Source: Burkholderiales bacterium (lineage in GTDB: Bacteria; Pseudomonadota; Gammaproteobacteria; Burkholderiales; Burkholderiaceae_C). From it: a DNA stretch of 64,000 nt. The stretch is from positions 19,811-83,810 of the forward strand of contig JAGWTH010000009.1 of NCBI GenBank assembly GCA_028868995.1, in the 5' to 3' direction. Below, piece after piece: positions 34,546 to 46,500 of the stretch (positions are counted from its first letter, which is position 1; each line of letters opens with the position of its first letter). The translations under genes and the position numbers were made by a program. The notes under the pieces are model-generated. The model was not told where the DNA came from. It saw only the letters and a list, made by a program, of their open reading frames with translations, and did not search any database.

Positions 34546-35296
34546 GGTCCTGCTCGCCGCGCGCGCGCTCACCAAGCGCTTCGGCGGCCTGGCCGCCGTC
34601 AGCGAGGTGACGCTGGACCTCTGGCGCGACCGCATCCATGCGGTGATCGGCCCCAACGGCGCCGGCAAATCGACGCTCACCAACCTGCTGTCCGGCGACA
34701 TCGCGCCCACCACCGGCACGGTCACCCTCGCCGGCCGCGACGTGACCGGCTGGAGCCCGGAGCGCATCTCGCGCGCGGGCCTCGGGCGCAGCTACCAGAA
34801 GACCAACATCTTCCGGCCCTTCACGGTCTGGGAGAACGTGCGCCTCGCGGCGCAGTCGCGCACGCCGCACGCCGCGCGCTGGCTGCGCCCGGCGAGCAGC
34901 GTGCGGGAAGCGAACGAGCGGGCCGAGCGCGCGCTGGAACTGGCCGGCCTGCAGGCCCGTCGCGACCACTTCGCCGGCGCCGCCAGCCACGGGGAGCAGC
35001 GCCAGCTGGAGATCGCCATGACGCTCGCCACCGACCCCCAGGTGCTGCTGCTGGACGAACCGCTGGCCGGCATGGGCACGGCGGAGGCCGAGCGCATGGT
35101 GGAACTGCTGCTGCGCCTGAAGAAGGACCACGCGATGATGCTGGTCGAGCACGACATGGACGCGGTGTTCGCCCTGGCCGACCACCTCACGGTGATGGTC
35201 AACGGCCAGGTGATCGCCAGCGGGTCGCCGCCCGAGGTCCGCGCCGATGCCGGAGTGCAGTCCGCCTACCTGGGAGAGGAGCAGGTCCATGGCTGA
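34538..35296 (+). CDS. ABC ATPase (LivG-like)
   Basis: GPNGAGKST, SHGEQRQLE and LLLDEP motifs. Confidence 0.93.
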   Translation: MTEVLLAARALTKRFGGLAAVSEVTLDLWRDRIHAVIGPNGAGKSTLTNLLSGDIAPTTGTVTLAGRDVTGWSPERISRAGLGRSYQKTNIFRPFTVWENVRLAAQSRTPHAARWLRPASSVREANERAERALELAGLQARRDHFAGAASHGEQRQLEIAMTLATDPQVLLLDEPLAGMGTAEAERMVELLLRLKKDHAMMLVEHDMDAVFALADHLTVMVNGQVIASGSPPEVRADAGVQSAYLGEEQVHG

Positions 35297-36002
35297 ACGC
35301 CTCATCGACGCCCGTGGCCTGCACAGCTACTACGGGGCGAGCCACATCCTGCGCGGCATCGACTTCCACGTGGACCGCGGCGAGACCATCGGCCTCATGG
35401 GCCGCAACGGCATGGGCAAGAGCACCTTGCTCAAGACCCTGATGGGCATCGTGCGGCCGCGCGCCGGCACGGTCGAGGTGAAGGGCCGCGGCATGGTGGG
35501 ACGGCCGACCTTCGAGGTGGCCCAGCTGGGCATCGCCTACGTGCCCGAGGGGCGCGGCATCTTCGGCAACCTGAGCGTGAAGGAAAACCTGCAGATGGCA
35601 GCCCGCCCCGGCGCTGCCGGCCAGCGCGATTGGACCTACGAGCGCGTGCTGGAGACCTTCCCTCGCCTGAGGGAGCGCCTGGGCCACGGCGGCCAGCAGC
35701 TCTCGGGCGGCGAGCAGCAGATGCTGACCATCGGCCGCGCCCTGATGACCAACCCGGACGTGCTCATCCTGGACGAAGCCACGGAGGGCCTGGCGCCGCT
35801 GATCGCGCGCGAGATCTGGCGGATCTGCGGGCTGATCCGCGAAAGCGGCATCTCCAGCGTGATCGTCGACAAGGCCTGGCGCCACGTGACCCAGGTGACG
35901 GACCGCAACGTCATCCTGGTGAAGGGCGAGGTGGCGCACGAAGCCAGCTCGGCCGAGCTGCAGGCGCAGCCGCAACGGCTCGAGCAGTACCTGGGCGTCT
36001 GA
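35289..36002 (+). CDS. ABC ATPase (LivF-like)
   Basis: GRNGMGKST, LSGGEQQML and ILDEATEGL motifs. Confidence 0.93.
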   Translation: MAERLIDARGLHSYYGASHILRGIDFHVDRGETIGLMGRNGMGKSTLLKTLMGIVRPRAGTVEVKGRGMVGRPTFEVAQLGIAYVPEGRGIFGNLSVKENLQMAARPGAAGQRDWTYERVLETFPRLRERLGHGGQQLSGGEQQMLTIGRALMTNPDVLILDEATEGLAPLIAREIWRICGLIRESGISSVIVDKAWRHVTQVTDRNVILVKGEVAHEASSAELQAQPQRLEQYLGV

Positions 36003-36040
36003 GCCCGGCCATCGGGCCGGCGTCCCGGCCCGCGTCCCCG

Positions 36041-36056
36041 TTTGATGGCGGTCAAA
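36041..36056. promoter_or_regulatory. FNR/CRP-family-like site upstream of the glycogen operon
   Basis: TTTGAT-GGCG-GTCAAA; one mismatch to TTGAT-N4-ATCAA. Confidence 0.45.
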
Positions 36057-36278
36057 CACAAGGCGCGGTGCGCCTCCACGATGGGTGGCTCATCGGTGCT
36101 CGGAGGCCCGCATGCGCGTTTCCATCGTCGGCCCGTGCTGCCCCCGGCGTCCGCGCCCGGCCGACGCCGCGCTGCCCGCGCGCGCGCCGTTCGCATGTAG
36201 GCCGCGGCTGACGCCGACTGACCCGCGCCTCCTTCATCGCGGCCGCGCAGGCGCCCGCAGAATGGCCCGCACAGCACG

Positions 36279-38228
36279 ATGAAGGCCATGAAGCCCCTGG
36301 CGACCGAAGGCGCGAGCGGCGCCGCGCCGGCCGCGCACGCGGCTGCCCGCGGCGAGCGGCGCGCCAGCCACCACCACCGGCAGTTCGAGGTGATGGGAGC
36401 GCATCCGGACGCCGACGGCACCTGCTTCACGGTGTGGGCCCCCAACGCGCGCGCCGTCGGCGTGACGGGCAGCTTCAACGACTGGGGCTGCGCGCCGCTC
36501 GCCCGCCTCGACGACGGCAGCGGTCGCTGGGCCGGCCACGTCGCCCGGGCACGGCCGGGCCATCTCTACAAGTACCGCATCCAGGACGCCGCCGGGCACC
36601 GCACGGACAAGGCGGACCCGTACGCCTTCCGCATGGAGCCGCCGCCCGGCACGGCTTCCCGGATCTGGGACCTGGCGCACGCCTGGGGTGACGGCGACTG
36701 GATGCGCACGCGCTGGCAGCGCCAGGCCCACCGCGCGCCGATCTCCATCTACGAGGTCCACCTGGGCTCCTGGCAGCGCGAGGAGGACGGGCGCTTCCTC
36801 AACTACCGCGACCTGGCCCTGCGCCTGGCCACGCACTGCCACAACCTGGGCTTCACCCACGTGGAGCTGATGCCCGTCACCGAGCACCCGTTCTACGGCT
36901 CCTGGGGCTACCAGACCACCGGCTACTACGCGCCGACCAGCCGTTACGGCACGCCGCAGGACCTGATGGCCTTCGTGGACACGCTGCACCAGCAGGGCAT
37001 CGGCGTGTTCCTCGACTGGGTGCCCTCGCACTTTCCCGCCGACCCGCACGCGCTGGCACGCTTCGACGGCACGGCGCTGTTCGAGCACGACGACCCGCGC
37101 CGCGGCTTCCACCCGGAGTGGAACAGCCTGATCTTCAACTACGGCCGCTACGAGGTGCGCGACTTCCTGATCAGCAACGCGCTGTTCTGGCTGGAGAAGT
37201 ACCACTTCGACGGGCTGCGGGTGGACGCGGTCGCCTCGATGCTGTACCTGGACTACGCCCGCCGGCAGGGCGAGTGGATCCCCAACGCCCGCGGCGGCAA
37301 CCAGGACGACGAGGCCGTGCGCTTCCTGCAGGACCTCAACACCTCGGTGTATGCGGCGTTCCCGGACGTGCACATGATCGCCGAGGAGTCCACGGCCTGG
37401 CCCGCGGTCTCGCGCCCGGTCGACGGCGGCGGCCTGGGCTTCGGCATGAAGTGGAACATGGGCTGGATGAACGACACGCTGCGCTACTTCTCGCGGCCGC
37501 ACTTCTTCCGCCGCTGGCATGGCGACGACATCCGCTTCTCCCTGGTGTACGCGTTCCACGAGAACTTCATCCTGCCGCTGTCGCACGACGAGGTGGTCTA
37601 CGGCAAGGGCAGCCTGCTCGCGCGCCAGCCCGGCGACGAGTGGCAGCGGTTCGCGGGCCTGCGCAACCTCTACGGCTACATGTGGGCGCATCCGGGCAAG
37701 AAGCTGCTGTTCATGGGCGGCGAGTTCGCCCAGGCCGGGGAATGGCACCACGAGCGCACGCTGGACTGGCACCTGTGGGCCCACCCCCTGCACGCCGGCG
37801 TCGCACGCTGGGTGGCCGACCTCAACGCGCTGTACCGGCGGGCGCCCGCCCTGCACGTGCACGATTTCTCCGGCGAGGGCTTCGCCTGGCTGCCGTGCGA
37901 AGGCGACGACGGCACGGTGCTCGCCTGGCTGCGCCGCGGCGGGCCCGGCGATGCCCTGGTCGTCGCGATCGTGAACATGACCCCTGAGCCGCGCGCGGAC
38001 CTGCACGTCGCGCTGCCCGAGGCCGGCCCCTGGCACGAAGTCCTCAACAGCGACGCCGCCCTCTACGGCGGCAGCGGCGTGGGCAACCTGGGCCGCGTGC
38101 AGGCGGCATCGGCAGGCCCGGCCGGCTGGCCCGCCGGCGCCCGCCTGACCGTGCCGCCCCTCGCCACCGTGATCCTCAGCAACCGCGCCCTGGCGGCGCC
38201 CCAGGGAGAACCCCATGCCCGCGAATAG
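36279..38228 (+). CDS. glgB: 1,4-alpha-glucan branching enzyme (short form, single CBM48)
   Basis: [46 protein letters not shown] and [10 protein letters not shown] motifs. Confidence 0.95.
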   Translation: MKAMKPLATEGASGAAPAAHAAARGERRASHHHRQFEVMGAHPDADGTCFTVWAPNARAVGVTGSFNDWGCAPLARLDDGSGRWAGHVARARPGHLYKYRIQDAAGHRTDKADPYAFRMEPPPGTASRIWDLAHAWGDGDWMRTRWQRQAHRAPISIYEVHLGSWQREEDGRFLNYRDLALRLATHCHNLGFTHVELMPVTEHPFYGSWGYQTTGYYAPTSRYGTPQDLMAFVDTLHQQGIGVFLDWVPSHFPADPHALARFDGTALFEHDDPRRGFHPEWNSLIFNYGRYEVRDFLISNALFWLEKYHFDGLRVDAVASMLYLDYARRQGEWIPNARGGNQDDEAVRFLQDLNTSVYAAFPDVHMIAEESTAWPAVSRPVDGGGLGFGMKWNMGWMNDTLRYFSRPHFFRRWHGDDIRFSLVYAFHENFILPLSHDEVVYGKGSLLARQPGDEWQRFAGLRNLYGYMWAHPGKKLLFMGGEFAQAGEWHHERTLDWHLWAHPLHAGVARWVADLNALYRRAPALHVHDFSGEGFAWLPCEGDDGTVLAWLRRGGPGDALVVAIVNMTPEPRADLHVALPEAGPWHEVLNSDAALYGGSGVGNLGRVQAASAGPAGWPAGARLTVPPLATVILSNRALAAPQGEPHARE

Positions 38229-39516
38229 GAACGTGCTGGCCTTCGTGATGGCCGGCGGCGAAGGCTCGCGCCTGCACCCGCTGACCGCCCACCGCTGCAA
38301 GCCGGCGGTACCCTTCAACGGCCAGCACCGGATCGTCGACTTCGTCCTGTCCAACCTGGTGAACTCGGAGATCTTCTCGGTCTACCTGCTGGTGCAGTAC
38401 AAGTCGCAGTCGCTGATCGAGCACGTGCGCAAGTGCTGGACGATGGCCCCGTTCATCCCGCAGCACTTCATCACGGTGGTGCCGCCGCAGATGCGCTGCG
38501 GCCCGGAGTGGTTCCAGGGAACGGCCGACGCGGTCTACCAGAACATCCACCTGATCGAGAGCATGCGGCCGGACATGGTGGCCGTGTTCGGCGCCGACCA
38601 CGTCTACCGGATGGACGTGCGCCAGATGATCGAGTTCCACCGGCGCCAGGGCGCCCACGCGAGCGTCGCCACCCTGCCCGTGGACCTGCGCGCCTGCGAC
38701 CAGTTCGGCATCGTCGACGTGGACGAGGACCACCGCATCCTCGACTTCAGGGAGAAGCCGCACAGCGCCCGCCCCATGCCGGGCAGCCGCACGCACGCCC
38801 TGGCCTCCATGGGCAACTACATCTTCGACACCGGCGTGCTGCTGCAGCAGCTCAGGCGCATGCACGACCAGGGCGGCACCGACTTCGGCCGGCACATCCT
38901 CCCGGCCATGGTGAAGAGCCACCGGCTGGCGGCCTACGACTTCGCCACCAACGTCATCCCGGGCACCGAGCCCTACGAGGAACACGCCTACTGGCGCGAC
39001 GTGGGAACCATCGATGCCTGGTTCGACGCGCACTTCGACACCCTGGGCGCCCAGCCCCGGTTCCGCATGACCAACCGCCACTGGCCGATCTACGCGAGCC
39101 CGGTCCAGGCGGAATCGGCGCAGATCGAGAACGCACTCGTCAACCGCTCCATGGTGGGCTGCGGCTGCGTCGTCGACGGGGCCACGCTGGACCACGCCAT
39201 GCTGCGCCGATCGGTGCAGGTGGACCGCGGCGCCCGGCTGGAGCACTGCATCGTCATGGAGCGCTCGCGCATCGGCCGCGGCGCCCAGGTGCGCCGCGCG
39301 ATCGTCGACCAGGACAACGACATCCCGCCCGGCGAGCGCATCGGCTTCGACCCGGTGCAGGACCGCCAGCGCTTCCACGTCACGCCCGGCGGCATCGTGG
39401 TGGTGCCCTCCGGGGCGTTCCCGGCGCGCCGCGCGACGCGATCGCCCTTCCAGGCCCGCGGCGGCGAGGAAGCCTGGCGGGGCGACGTGGCGCCCAGGAT
39501 CGAGGCGCTCGCATGA
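38215..39516 (+). CDS. glgC: Glucose-1-phosphate adenylyltransferase
   Basis: [37 protein letters not shown] and YWRDVGT motifs. Confidence 0.95.
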   Translation: MPANRNVLAFVMAGGEGSRLHPLTAHRCKPAVPFNGQHRIVDFVLSNLVNSEIFSVYLLVQYKSQSLIEHVRKCWTMAPFIPQHFITVVPPQMRCGPEWFQGTADAVYQNIHLIESMRPDMVAVFGADHVYRMDVRQMIEFHRRQGAHASVATLPVDLRACDQFGIVDVDEDHRILDFREKPHSARPMPGSRTHALASMGNYIFDTGVLLQQLRRMHDQGGTDFGRHILPAMVKSHRLAAYDFATNVIPGTEPYEEHAYWRDVGTIDAWFDAHFDTLGAQPRFRMTNRHWPIYASPVQAESAQIENALVNRSMVGCGCVVDGATLDHAMLRRSVQVDRGARLEHCIVMERSRIGRGAQVRRAIVDQDNDIPPGERIGFDPVQDRQRFHVTPGGIVVVPSGAFPARRATRSPFQARGGEEAWRGDVAPRIEALA

Positions 39517-41696
39517 CGGTGCGCGCCGCCGGCCAGCCGCGCGCGCGACGCACCGCCCTGGTCCCCCGGCAGCCGGCGCCTGCGACGGCATGCGCCCCCG
39601 GCAAGCCCTGGCCGCTGGGCGCCACGCTGCGTCCGGACGGCGTGAACTTCGCCGTGTTCGCCAGCGCCGCCGCGAAGGTCGAGGTCTGCCTGTTCGACGC
39701 CACCGGCAGCCGCGAGGAGCGGCGCGTCGCCCTGCCCGGCCGCACCGACGACATCTGGCACGGCTTCGTGCCGGGGCTGGCCGCCGGCACCCGCTACGGA
39801 CTGCGGGTGCATGGCCCGTACGAACCCGGCAACGGCTGGCGCTGCAATCCGCACAAGCTGCTGCTGGACCCTTACGCGCGGGCGCTGGACCGGCCGCTGC
39901 GCGGCGCCTCCTGGCAGTACGCGTACCCGCTGGGACAGGAGCAGCGCGACCTGCTGATGGACACGACCGACAACGCCGCGCAGGCGGCCAAGTGCCTCGT
40001 CGTGGACCCGCGCTTCGACTGGGAGGGCGACCGGGGCCCGGACATCCCGATGGAGCACAGCGTCATCTACGAGGTGCACGTGCGCGGCTTCACCAGGCGC
40101 ATGCCGGGGGTGCCCGAGCCCCTGCGCGGCACCTTCCTCGGCCTGGCCAGCGAGCCGGCCCTGGCCCACCTCCGGAACCTGGGGGTGACGGCGGTGCAGC
40201 TGCTGCCGGTGCAGGCCTTCAACGACGAGCGGAGGCTGGTCGACCTGGGCCTGGCCAACTACTGGGGCTACAACACCGCCGCCTTCTTCGCGCCCGAGCC
40301 GCGCTATCTCGCCGCCGGCGACCCGAACGAGTTCCGGCAGATGGTGAAGACGCTGCACGCCCACGGCCTGGAGGTGATCCTGGACGTGGTCTACAACCAC
40401 AGCTGCGAAGGCAACCACCTGGGGCCCACGCTCAGCTTCAAGGGCATCGACAACCCCGCCTACTACCGGCTCACCGAGGACCAGCGCCACTACCTCGACT
40501 TCACCGGCACGGGCAACACGCTCGACACCAGCCATCCGGCCATGCTGCGCCTGGTGATGGACAGCCTGCGCCACTGGGTGGAGGAGATGCACGTGGACGG
40601 CTTCCGCTTCGACCTGGCGCCCGCGCTGGCGCGCAACGGCCACGGCGGCTTCGACCCCCGCGGTCCCTTCCTGTCCGCCATGGCCCAGGACCCGGTGCTG
40701 CGCCGGGTGAAGCTGATCGCCGAGCCCTGGGACCTGGGCGACCACGGCTACCAGGTGGGCGGCTTCCCCGCCGGCTGGAGCGAGTGGAACGGCCCGTACC
40801 GCGACCGCGTGCGCGACTACTGGCGCGGCGTGGAGGGCAGCCTGGGCGACCTCGCCGCCGCCCTGTGCGGCTCGGCGGACCTCTACGGCCCCTCGCGGCG
40901 CAGCCCGCGCGCCAGCGTCAACCTGGTCACGGTGCACGACGGCTTCACCCTGCAGGACCTGGTCAGCTACAACGACAAGCACAACGAGGCCAACGGCGAG
41001 GGCAACCGCGATGGCGAGAGCCACAACCGCAGCTGGAACTGCGGCGTCGAGGGCCCCACCGACGACCCCGCGATCCTCGCCTTCCGCGAGCGGCAGAAGC
41101 GCAACTTCCTCACCACCCTGTTCTGCTCGCGCGGCGTGCCGCTGCTGCTCGGCGGCGACGAGATGGGCCGCACCCAGGGCGGCAACAACAATGCCTATTG
41201 CCAGGACAACGCGACCAGCTGGTTCGACTGGTCGCCGGCCCGGCGCGGCGATCCCTTGCTGCCCTTCACGCAGTCCCTCGTCCGGCTGCGCCGCGAACTG
41301 CCGGTGCTGCGCCACGACGCCTGGCTGACCGGCACGCCGGACGCCGACGGCCGGCGCGACATCACCTGGTACAGCGTCTGGGGCCTGGAGATGACGGCGG
41401 AGGAATGGACCAATCCGGCCGTGCGCTGCGTGGCCGCCGTGCTGGACGCGCGCTTCGTTCCCGCCGCCGCTGCGGGGCAAGGCAGGCGCTCGGTGCTGCT
41501 GGTGTTCAACGCCACCGGCGAGGACGCCACCTTCACGCTGCCGGTGGCGGCCGGCCACCCCGGCGAATGGCTGCTGCGCATCGCCACCGACCAGGGCTCC
41601 ATCGAGGAGCCGCGCTCGCCCGGCTATGCGCCGGGGGCCAGGCTGCGGCTGCCCCCGCATTCCATGGCGCTGCTGACGCAGCAGCCGCAGGAGTAG
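39513..41696 (+). CDS. glgX: Glycogen debranching enzyme
   Basis: [43 protein letters not shown] and NNNAYCQDN motifs. Confidence 0.95.
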   Translation: MTVRAAGQPRARRTALVPRQPAPATACAPGKPWPLGATLRPDGVNFAVFASAAAKVEVCLFDATGSREERRVALPGRTDDIWHGFVPGLAAGTRYGLRVHGPYEPGNGWRCNPHKLLLDPYARALDRPLRGASWQYAYPLGQEQRDLLMDTTDNAAQAAKCLVVDPRFDWEGDRGPDIPMEHSVIYEVHVRGFTRRMPGVPEPLRGTFLGLASEPALAHLRNLGVTAVQLLPVQAFNDERRLVDLGLANYWGYNTAAFFAPEPRYLAAGDPNEFRQMVKTLHAHGLEVILDVVYNHSCEGNHLGPTLSFKGIDNPAYYRLTEDQRHYLDFTGTGNTLDTSHPAMLRLVMDSLRHWVEEMHVDGFRFDLAPALARNGHGGFDPRGPFLSAMAQDPVLRRVKLIAEPWDLGDHGYQVGGFPAGWSEWNGPYRDRVRDYWRGVEGSLGDLAAALCGSADLYGPSRRSPRASVNLVTVHDGFTLQDLVSYNDKHNEANGEGNRDGESHNRSWNCGVEGPTDDPAILAFRERQKRNFLTTLFCSRGVPLLLGGDEMGRTQGGNNNAYCQDNATSWFDWSPARRGDPLLPFTQSLVRLRRELPVLRHDAWLTGTPDADGRRDITWYSVWGLEMTAEEWTNPAVRCVAAVLDARFVPAAAAGQGRRSVLLVFNATGEDATFTLPVAAGHPGEWLLRIATDQGSIEEPRSPGYAPGARLRLPPHSMALLTQQPQE

Positions 41697-41698
41697 CC

Positions 41699-43519
41699 AT
41701 GCGTTGCAGCCACGAGATGCCCTTCGGCACCCTCCTGCATCCCGGCGGCGGGGTCACCTTCCGCCTGTGGGCGCCGGCGGCACGCCTGGCGGAACTCGCG
41801 ATCGAGACCGGGCACCCGGCGCCGGAGCTGCATCCGGCCGAGGCCGACGCCCAGGGCTGGTGGGAATGCACCGTCCCCCACGCCACGGCGGGCACGCTCT
41901 ACCGCTGGCGCATCGACGGTCGCCTGCTGGTGCCCGACCCCGCTTCGCGCCAGAACCCCGGGGGGCCGCACGGCCCCAGCTGCGTGGTCGACCCGCGTCA
42001 GTTCGAATGGGAGCCCTGGTCCGGCCGGCCCTGGGCCGAGGCCGTGCTGTACGAACTGCACCTGGGCGCCTTCACCCCCGAAGGCACCTTCGCCGCGGCG
42101 GCCGCGCGGCTGCCGCAGCTGCGCGATGCCGGCATCACCGCGGTGGAACTGATGCCGGTGGCCGACGTCGCCGGCCGCTTCAACTGGGGCTACGACGGCG
42201 TGCTGCCCTACGCCCCGCACCACGCCTACGGCACGCCCGACGACTTCAAGCGCTTCGTGCAGCAGGCGCACCGGCTGGGCCTGATGGTGTTCCTGGACGT
42301 CGTCTACAACCACTTCGGGCCGGACGGGAATTTCCTGCACGCCTATGCCCCGGAGTTCTTCTCGCGCAGCCGCACCAGCCCCTGGGGACCGGCCATCGCC
42401 TTCGACGGCCCGGGCAGCGGCCCGGTGCGCGAGTTCTTCGTGCACAACGCCCTTTACTGGCTGGAGGAATACCGGCTCGACGGGCTGCGGCTGGACGCGG
42501 CCCACGCCATCCGCGACGAGGGCCGGGAGCACATCCTGCACGAGCTCTCGCGGCGGGTGCGCACCGCCATGCACGGCCGCCACGTGCACCTGGTGCTGGA
42601 GAACGAAGACAACGCCTGGCGGCACCTGGCGCCCACGCCGCAGCCGGGCGCGTTCGATGCGCAGTGGAACGACGATTTCCACCACGCCCTGCACGTGGTG
42701 CTCACCGGCGAGACCCAGCGCTACTACCACGACTACGGCGCGGATCCCATGGGCCTGCTGGCGCGCGCCCTCACGCACGGCATGGTGTTCGAGGGCTCGC
42801 CGCGCCGCGAGGGCGGCGCGCGCGAGCAGGTCCGGCCGGCGCCGGCCCAGCCGCTCACCACCCTGGTGAACTTCGCGCACAACCACGACCAGGTCGGCAA
42901 CCGCGCCCGGAGCGAGCGCCTGGGCCAGCTGGTGCCGCCGCGCGCGGCGCTGCTGCCGACCCTGCTGGCGCTGCTCACGCCGGCCATCCCCATGCTGTTC
43001 ATCGGCGAGGAGTGGGGTGCGCCCGAACCCTTCCTCTATTTCGCGGACTGGCAGGGCGAGCTGCGCCAGGCCGTGCGCGCCGGCCGCCGCCATGAATTCG
43101 GCCACGGCGACGGCCGCGACCTGCCCGACCCCTGCAGTGCGCGCACCTTCGCCGCCAGCCGGCCAGACCCGGCACGCGCGGCTGCCGGGCCCGGCCAGGC
43201 CTGGCTGGCCGAAGTCCGCGCCGCCCTCGCTGCGCGCCGCCACTGGATCACTCCGCGGCACGCCCGCCTGCTCACGGGCCGGCACGCGGCGCAGCGCGTG
43301 GGCGAGCGCGGCCTGGCGGTGCGCTGGCGCTACGACGACGGCCAGGTGCTGTTCCTGGAGCTGAACCTCGGGGACGCGCCGCTGCGGGCCGCGCCGCAGC
43401 ACCTGCCTGCCGTCGGCGCGCCAGCGGTCTTCCGCCATGGCCACCCGGACGGCCTGCCGCGCGGCGAGTGGCCGCCCTTCAGCGCGCGCTGGTCGCTGGG
43501 GCCGGAGGCCGGTCCGTGA
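41699..43519 (+). CDS. treZ: Malto-oligosyltrehalose trehalohydrolase
   Basis: FRLWAP, YELHLGAFTPEGTF, WGYDGV, GLRLDAAH and NHDQVGNR motifs. Confidence 0.93.
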   Translation: MRCSHEMPFGTLLHPGGGVTFRLWAPAARLAELAIETGHPAPELHPAEADAQGWWECTVPHATAGTLYRWRIDGRLLVPDPASRQNPGGPHGPSCVVDPRQFEWEPWSGRPWAEAVLYELHLGAFTPEGTFAAAAARLPQLRDAGITAVELMPVADVAGRFNWGYDGVLPYAPHHAYGTPDDFKRFVQQAHRLGLMVFLDVVYNHFGPDGNFLHAYAPEFFSRSRTSPWGPAIAFDGPGSGPVREFFVHNALYWLEEYRLDGLRLDAAHAIRDEGREHILHELSRRVRTAMHGRHVHLVLENEDNAWRHLAPTPQPGAFDAQWNDDFHHALHVVLTGETQRYYHDYGADPMGLLARALTHGMVFEGSPRREGGAREQVRPAPAQPLTTLVNFAHNHDQVGNRARSERLGQLVPPRAALLPTLLALLTPAIPMLFIGEEWGAPEPFLYFADWQGELRQAVRAGRRHEFGHGDGRDLPDPCSARTFAASRPDPARAAAGPGQAWLAEVRAALAARRHWITPRHARLLTGRHAAQRVGERGLAVRWRYDDGQVLFLELNLGDAPLRAAPQHLPAVGAPAVFRHGHPDGLPRGEWPPFSARWSLGPEAGP

Positions 43520-46500
43520 ACGAAGACTACGGGGCGACACTTTCCGAGCAGGCGCGCCGCCTGGGCGTGGCCGACCGCTACCACGGCTTCTGGGGCCGGG
43601 AGGAAAGCGTGCCCGAGGCCGTCCTGCGCCGCGCCGTCGCGGCCATGACCGGCGATGGCCGCGAGCCCCCGCCGCAGCACCTGGGACTGCCCGCGCTGCA
43701 CACCGCGCGCGAGGGCGATCGACCGGTGCTGCGCTGGACCCGCCACGACAGCGCCGATGCCCGCTGGACCCTCACGGTGGAGGACAGCGGGTTCGAAGTC
43801 GCCGCCGGCGCGCTGCGGCGCGGCGGCCAGCAGGTGGAGATCGTCCTGCCCGAGGGCCTCGGCCCCGGCTACTACCGGCTGGCGCTGGAGGGCGCGCCGC
43901 CGCACGAGCATTGCCGCGTGGTCATCGCGCCGCGCCGCTGCCACGTGCCGGAGGCCCTGCGCCGCGGGGAACGCTGGTGGGGCTGCACCGTGCAGCTCTA
44001 CGCCCTGCGCTCGTCGCGCAACTGGGGCATCGGCGACTTCGGCGACCTGCGCCGCCTGTGCGATGCGGCGGCCCGCCAGGGCGCCTCGTTCGTCGGCCTG
44101 AGCCCGCTGCATGCCCTGTTCCCGCACGAGCCGGGAGCGGCCAACCCGTACAGCCCGTCGAGCCGCCAGGCGCTCAATCCGATCTACCTCGACGTGCAGG
44201 CCCTGGTGGAGCTGGGCGACTGCGAGGAGGCGCGGGAGAGATTGCACTCGGAGGCCTTCCAGGAGCGGCTGCAGGCCCTGCGCGAGACGGAGCTGGTCGA
44301 CTACCCGGGCGTGGCCGCCGCCAAGGAGGACGTGCTGCGCGTGCTGTGGCGTCACTTCGAGCGCGACGAGCTGGCCCGCGACGGCGCGCGCGCGGCCGGG
44401 TTCCTCGCCTACGTGCGCGAGCGCGAGTCCACGATCGGGCGCCATGCGCTGTTCGAGGCCCTGCAGGTCCACCTGGCCGCCCGCGACCCGCGGGCCTGGG
44501 GCTGGCCGGCCTGGCCCGAGGCCTGGCGCGACCCGGACGGGCCCGAGGTACGGGCTTTCCGCGAGGCGCATGCCTCCGAGATCGGCTTCCGGTTCTGGCT
44601 GCAGTGGCTGGCGGAACTGCAGCTGGAGGCCTGCCAGCGCTACGCGCGCGGGCGGGGCATGGGCATCGGCCTGTACTGCGACCTGGCGGTGGGCGTCAAC
44701 GGCGGCGGCGCGGAAACCTGGCGGGAGCAAGGGCTGTTCGCGCTCGGCATGCACGCGGGCGCCCCGCCCGACCCGCTGGCGCCGCGCGGCCAGGACTGGG
44801 GCCTGCCGCCCTGGAACCCGCAACGCCTGCGGCAGGCACGCCTGCAGCCCTTCATCGACACGCTGCGCGCCAACATGCGCCACTGCGGCGCGCTGCGCCT
44901 GGACCACGTCATGGCGCTCATGCGCCTGTTCTGGACCGGCCCCGAGGGCGGCACCTACGTCGACTACCCGCTCGCGGACCTGATGGCGGTGCTCGCGCTG
45001 GAAAGCCAGCGCCACCAGTGCATGGTGATCGGCGAGGACCTGGGCAACGTCGCGCCCCGCATGCGCGAGGCGATGCGCGAGGGCGATCTGCTGTCCTACC
45101 GGCCGCTGCTGTTCGAGCGCGACGACGGCGGCGGCTTCCGGGCGCCGGCGCACTGGCAGCGCGAGGCGCTGGCCGTGGTCAGCACGCACGACCTGCCGAC
45201 GCTGCGCGGCTTCTGGCGGGGTGAGGACCTCGAGCTGGCGTCCAGGCTGGGCGTCCATCCCGACGCGGCCGCGCACGAGGCGCAGGTGCTCGCACGCGCC
45301 CAGGACCGTGCGCGCCTGCTGCTGGCCCTGCAGCGCGAGGGCCTGCTGCCCGGGGGCGCCACCGTGCAGCCCACCTCCCTGCCCGATGCGGGACCGTCCT
45401 TCGTCGACGCGGTCCACGCCTACCTCGCGCGCACGCCCTGCTGGCTGGTGGGCGTGCAGCTGGAGGACGTGGCCGGGCAGCTGCTGCAGGTCAACGTCCC
45501 CGGCACCACCGAGGACCGCTTCCCGAACTGGCGGCGCAAGCTCCCGCTCACCCTGGAGGAACTGGCCAACGACGCGCGCTGGGTCTCGCTGGCGGCCGTC
45601 CTGCGTGCCGAGCGCGGCGGCGCCGCGCCGGTCGCCGCCGCCGCCCAGGCGCTGCCCGCGCTCGACACGGCCGACATTCCCGGCGCGACCTACCGGGTGC
45701 AGTTCCACCCGGGCTGCACCTTCGAGGACGTGACCCGGGCGCTGCCCTACCTGCGGTCCCTGGGCGTGAGCCACCTGTACAGCTCGCCCTACCTGCGCGC
45801 GCGCGCCGGCAGCACCCACGGCTACGACATCGTGGACCATGGGGAGGTGAACCCGGATGTCGGCGATGCGACCGCCCATGCGCGCATGTGCCGGGCGCTG
45901 CGCCGCCACGGCCTCGGCCAGATCCTGGACGTGGTGCCCAACCACATGGGCGTGCTGGAGGCCGACAACGCCTGGTGGCTGGACGTGCTGGAGCACGGGC
46001 GCGCCTCGCCGCATGCCGGGACCTTCGACATCGAGTGGCGGCCGGCCCAGCCCGAGATGGAGGGCCGCCTGCTGCTGCCGGTGCTGGCCGACCACTTCGG
46101 CAAGGTGCTGGAGTCGGGCGAGATCCAGCTGCGCTTCGATGGTGAGGCCGGCGAATTCGGCCTGCGCTACTGGGGCCACCGCTTTCCCATCGACCCGGGC
46201 TGCTATCCCGACATCCTCGCGGCCCGGCCGGCGCCGCCGGCGCGCGACGACGACGGCGACAGCCATGCCGTGGTGGCCGCCCTGCTGGAGTCCTTCCGCC
46301 GCCTGCCCTCGCGCGACGACCCGGGCGACGAGGCGCGCCGGGCGCGCGTGCGCGACGCCTCCGTGTTCAAGCGCCAGCTGGCGCGGCTCGCCGCCCGCCA
46401 TGCCTGGCTGGCGCGCTGGATAGCCGCCTGCCTGCAGCCATTCAACGGCCGGCCAGGGGATCCGTCCAGCTTCGACGCGCTGGAGCGCCTGGTCGCCGCC

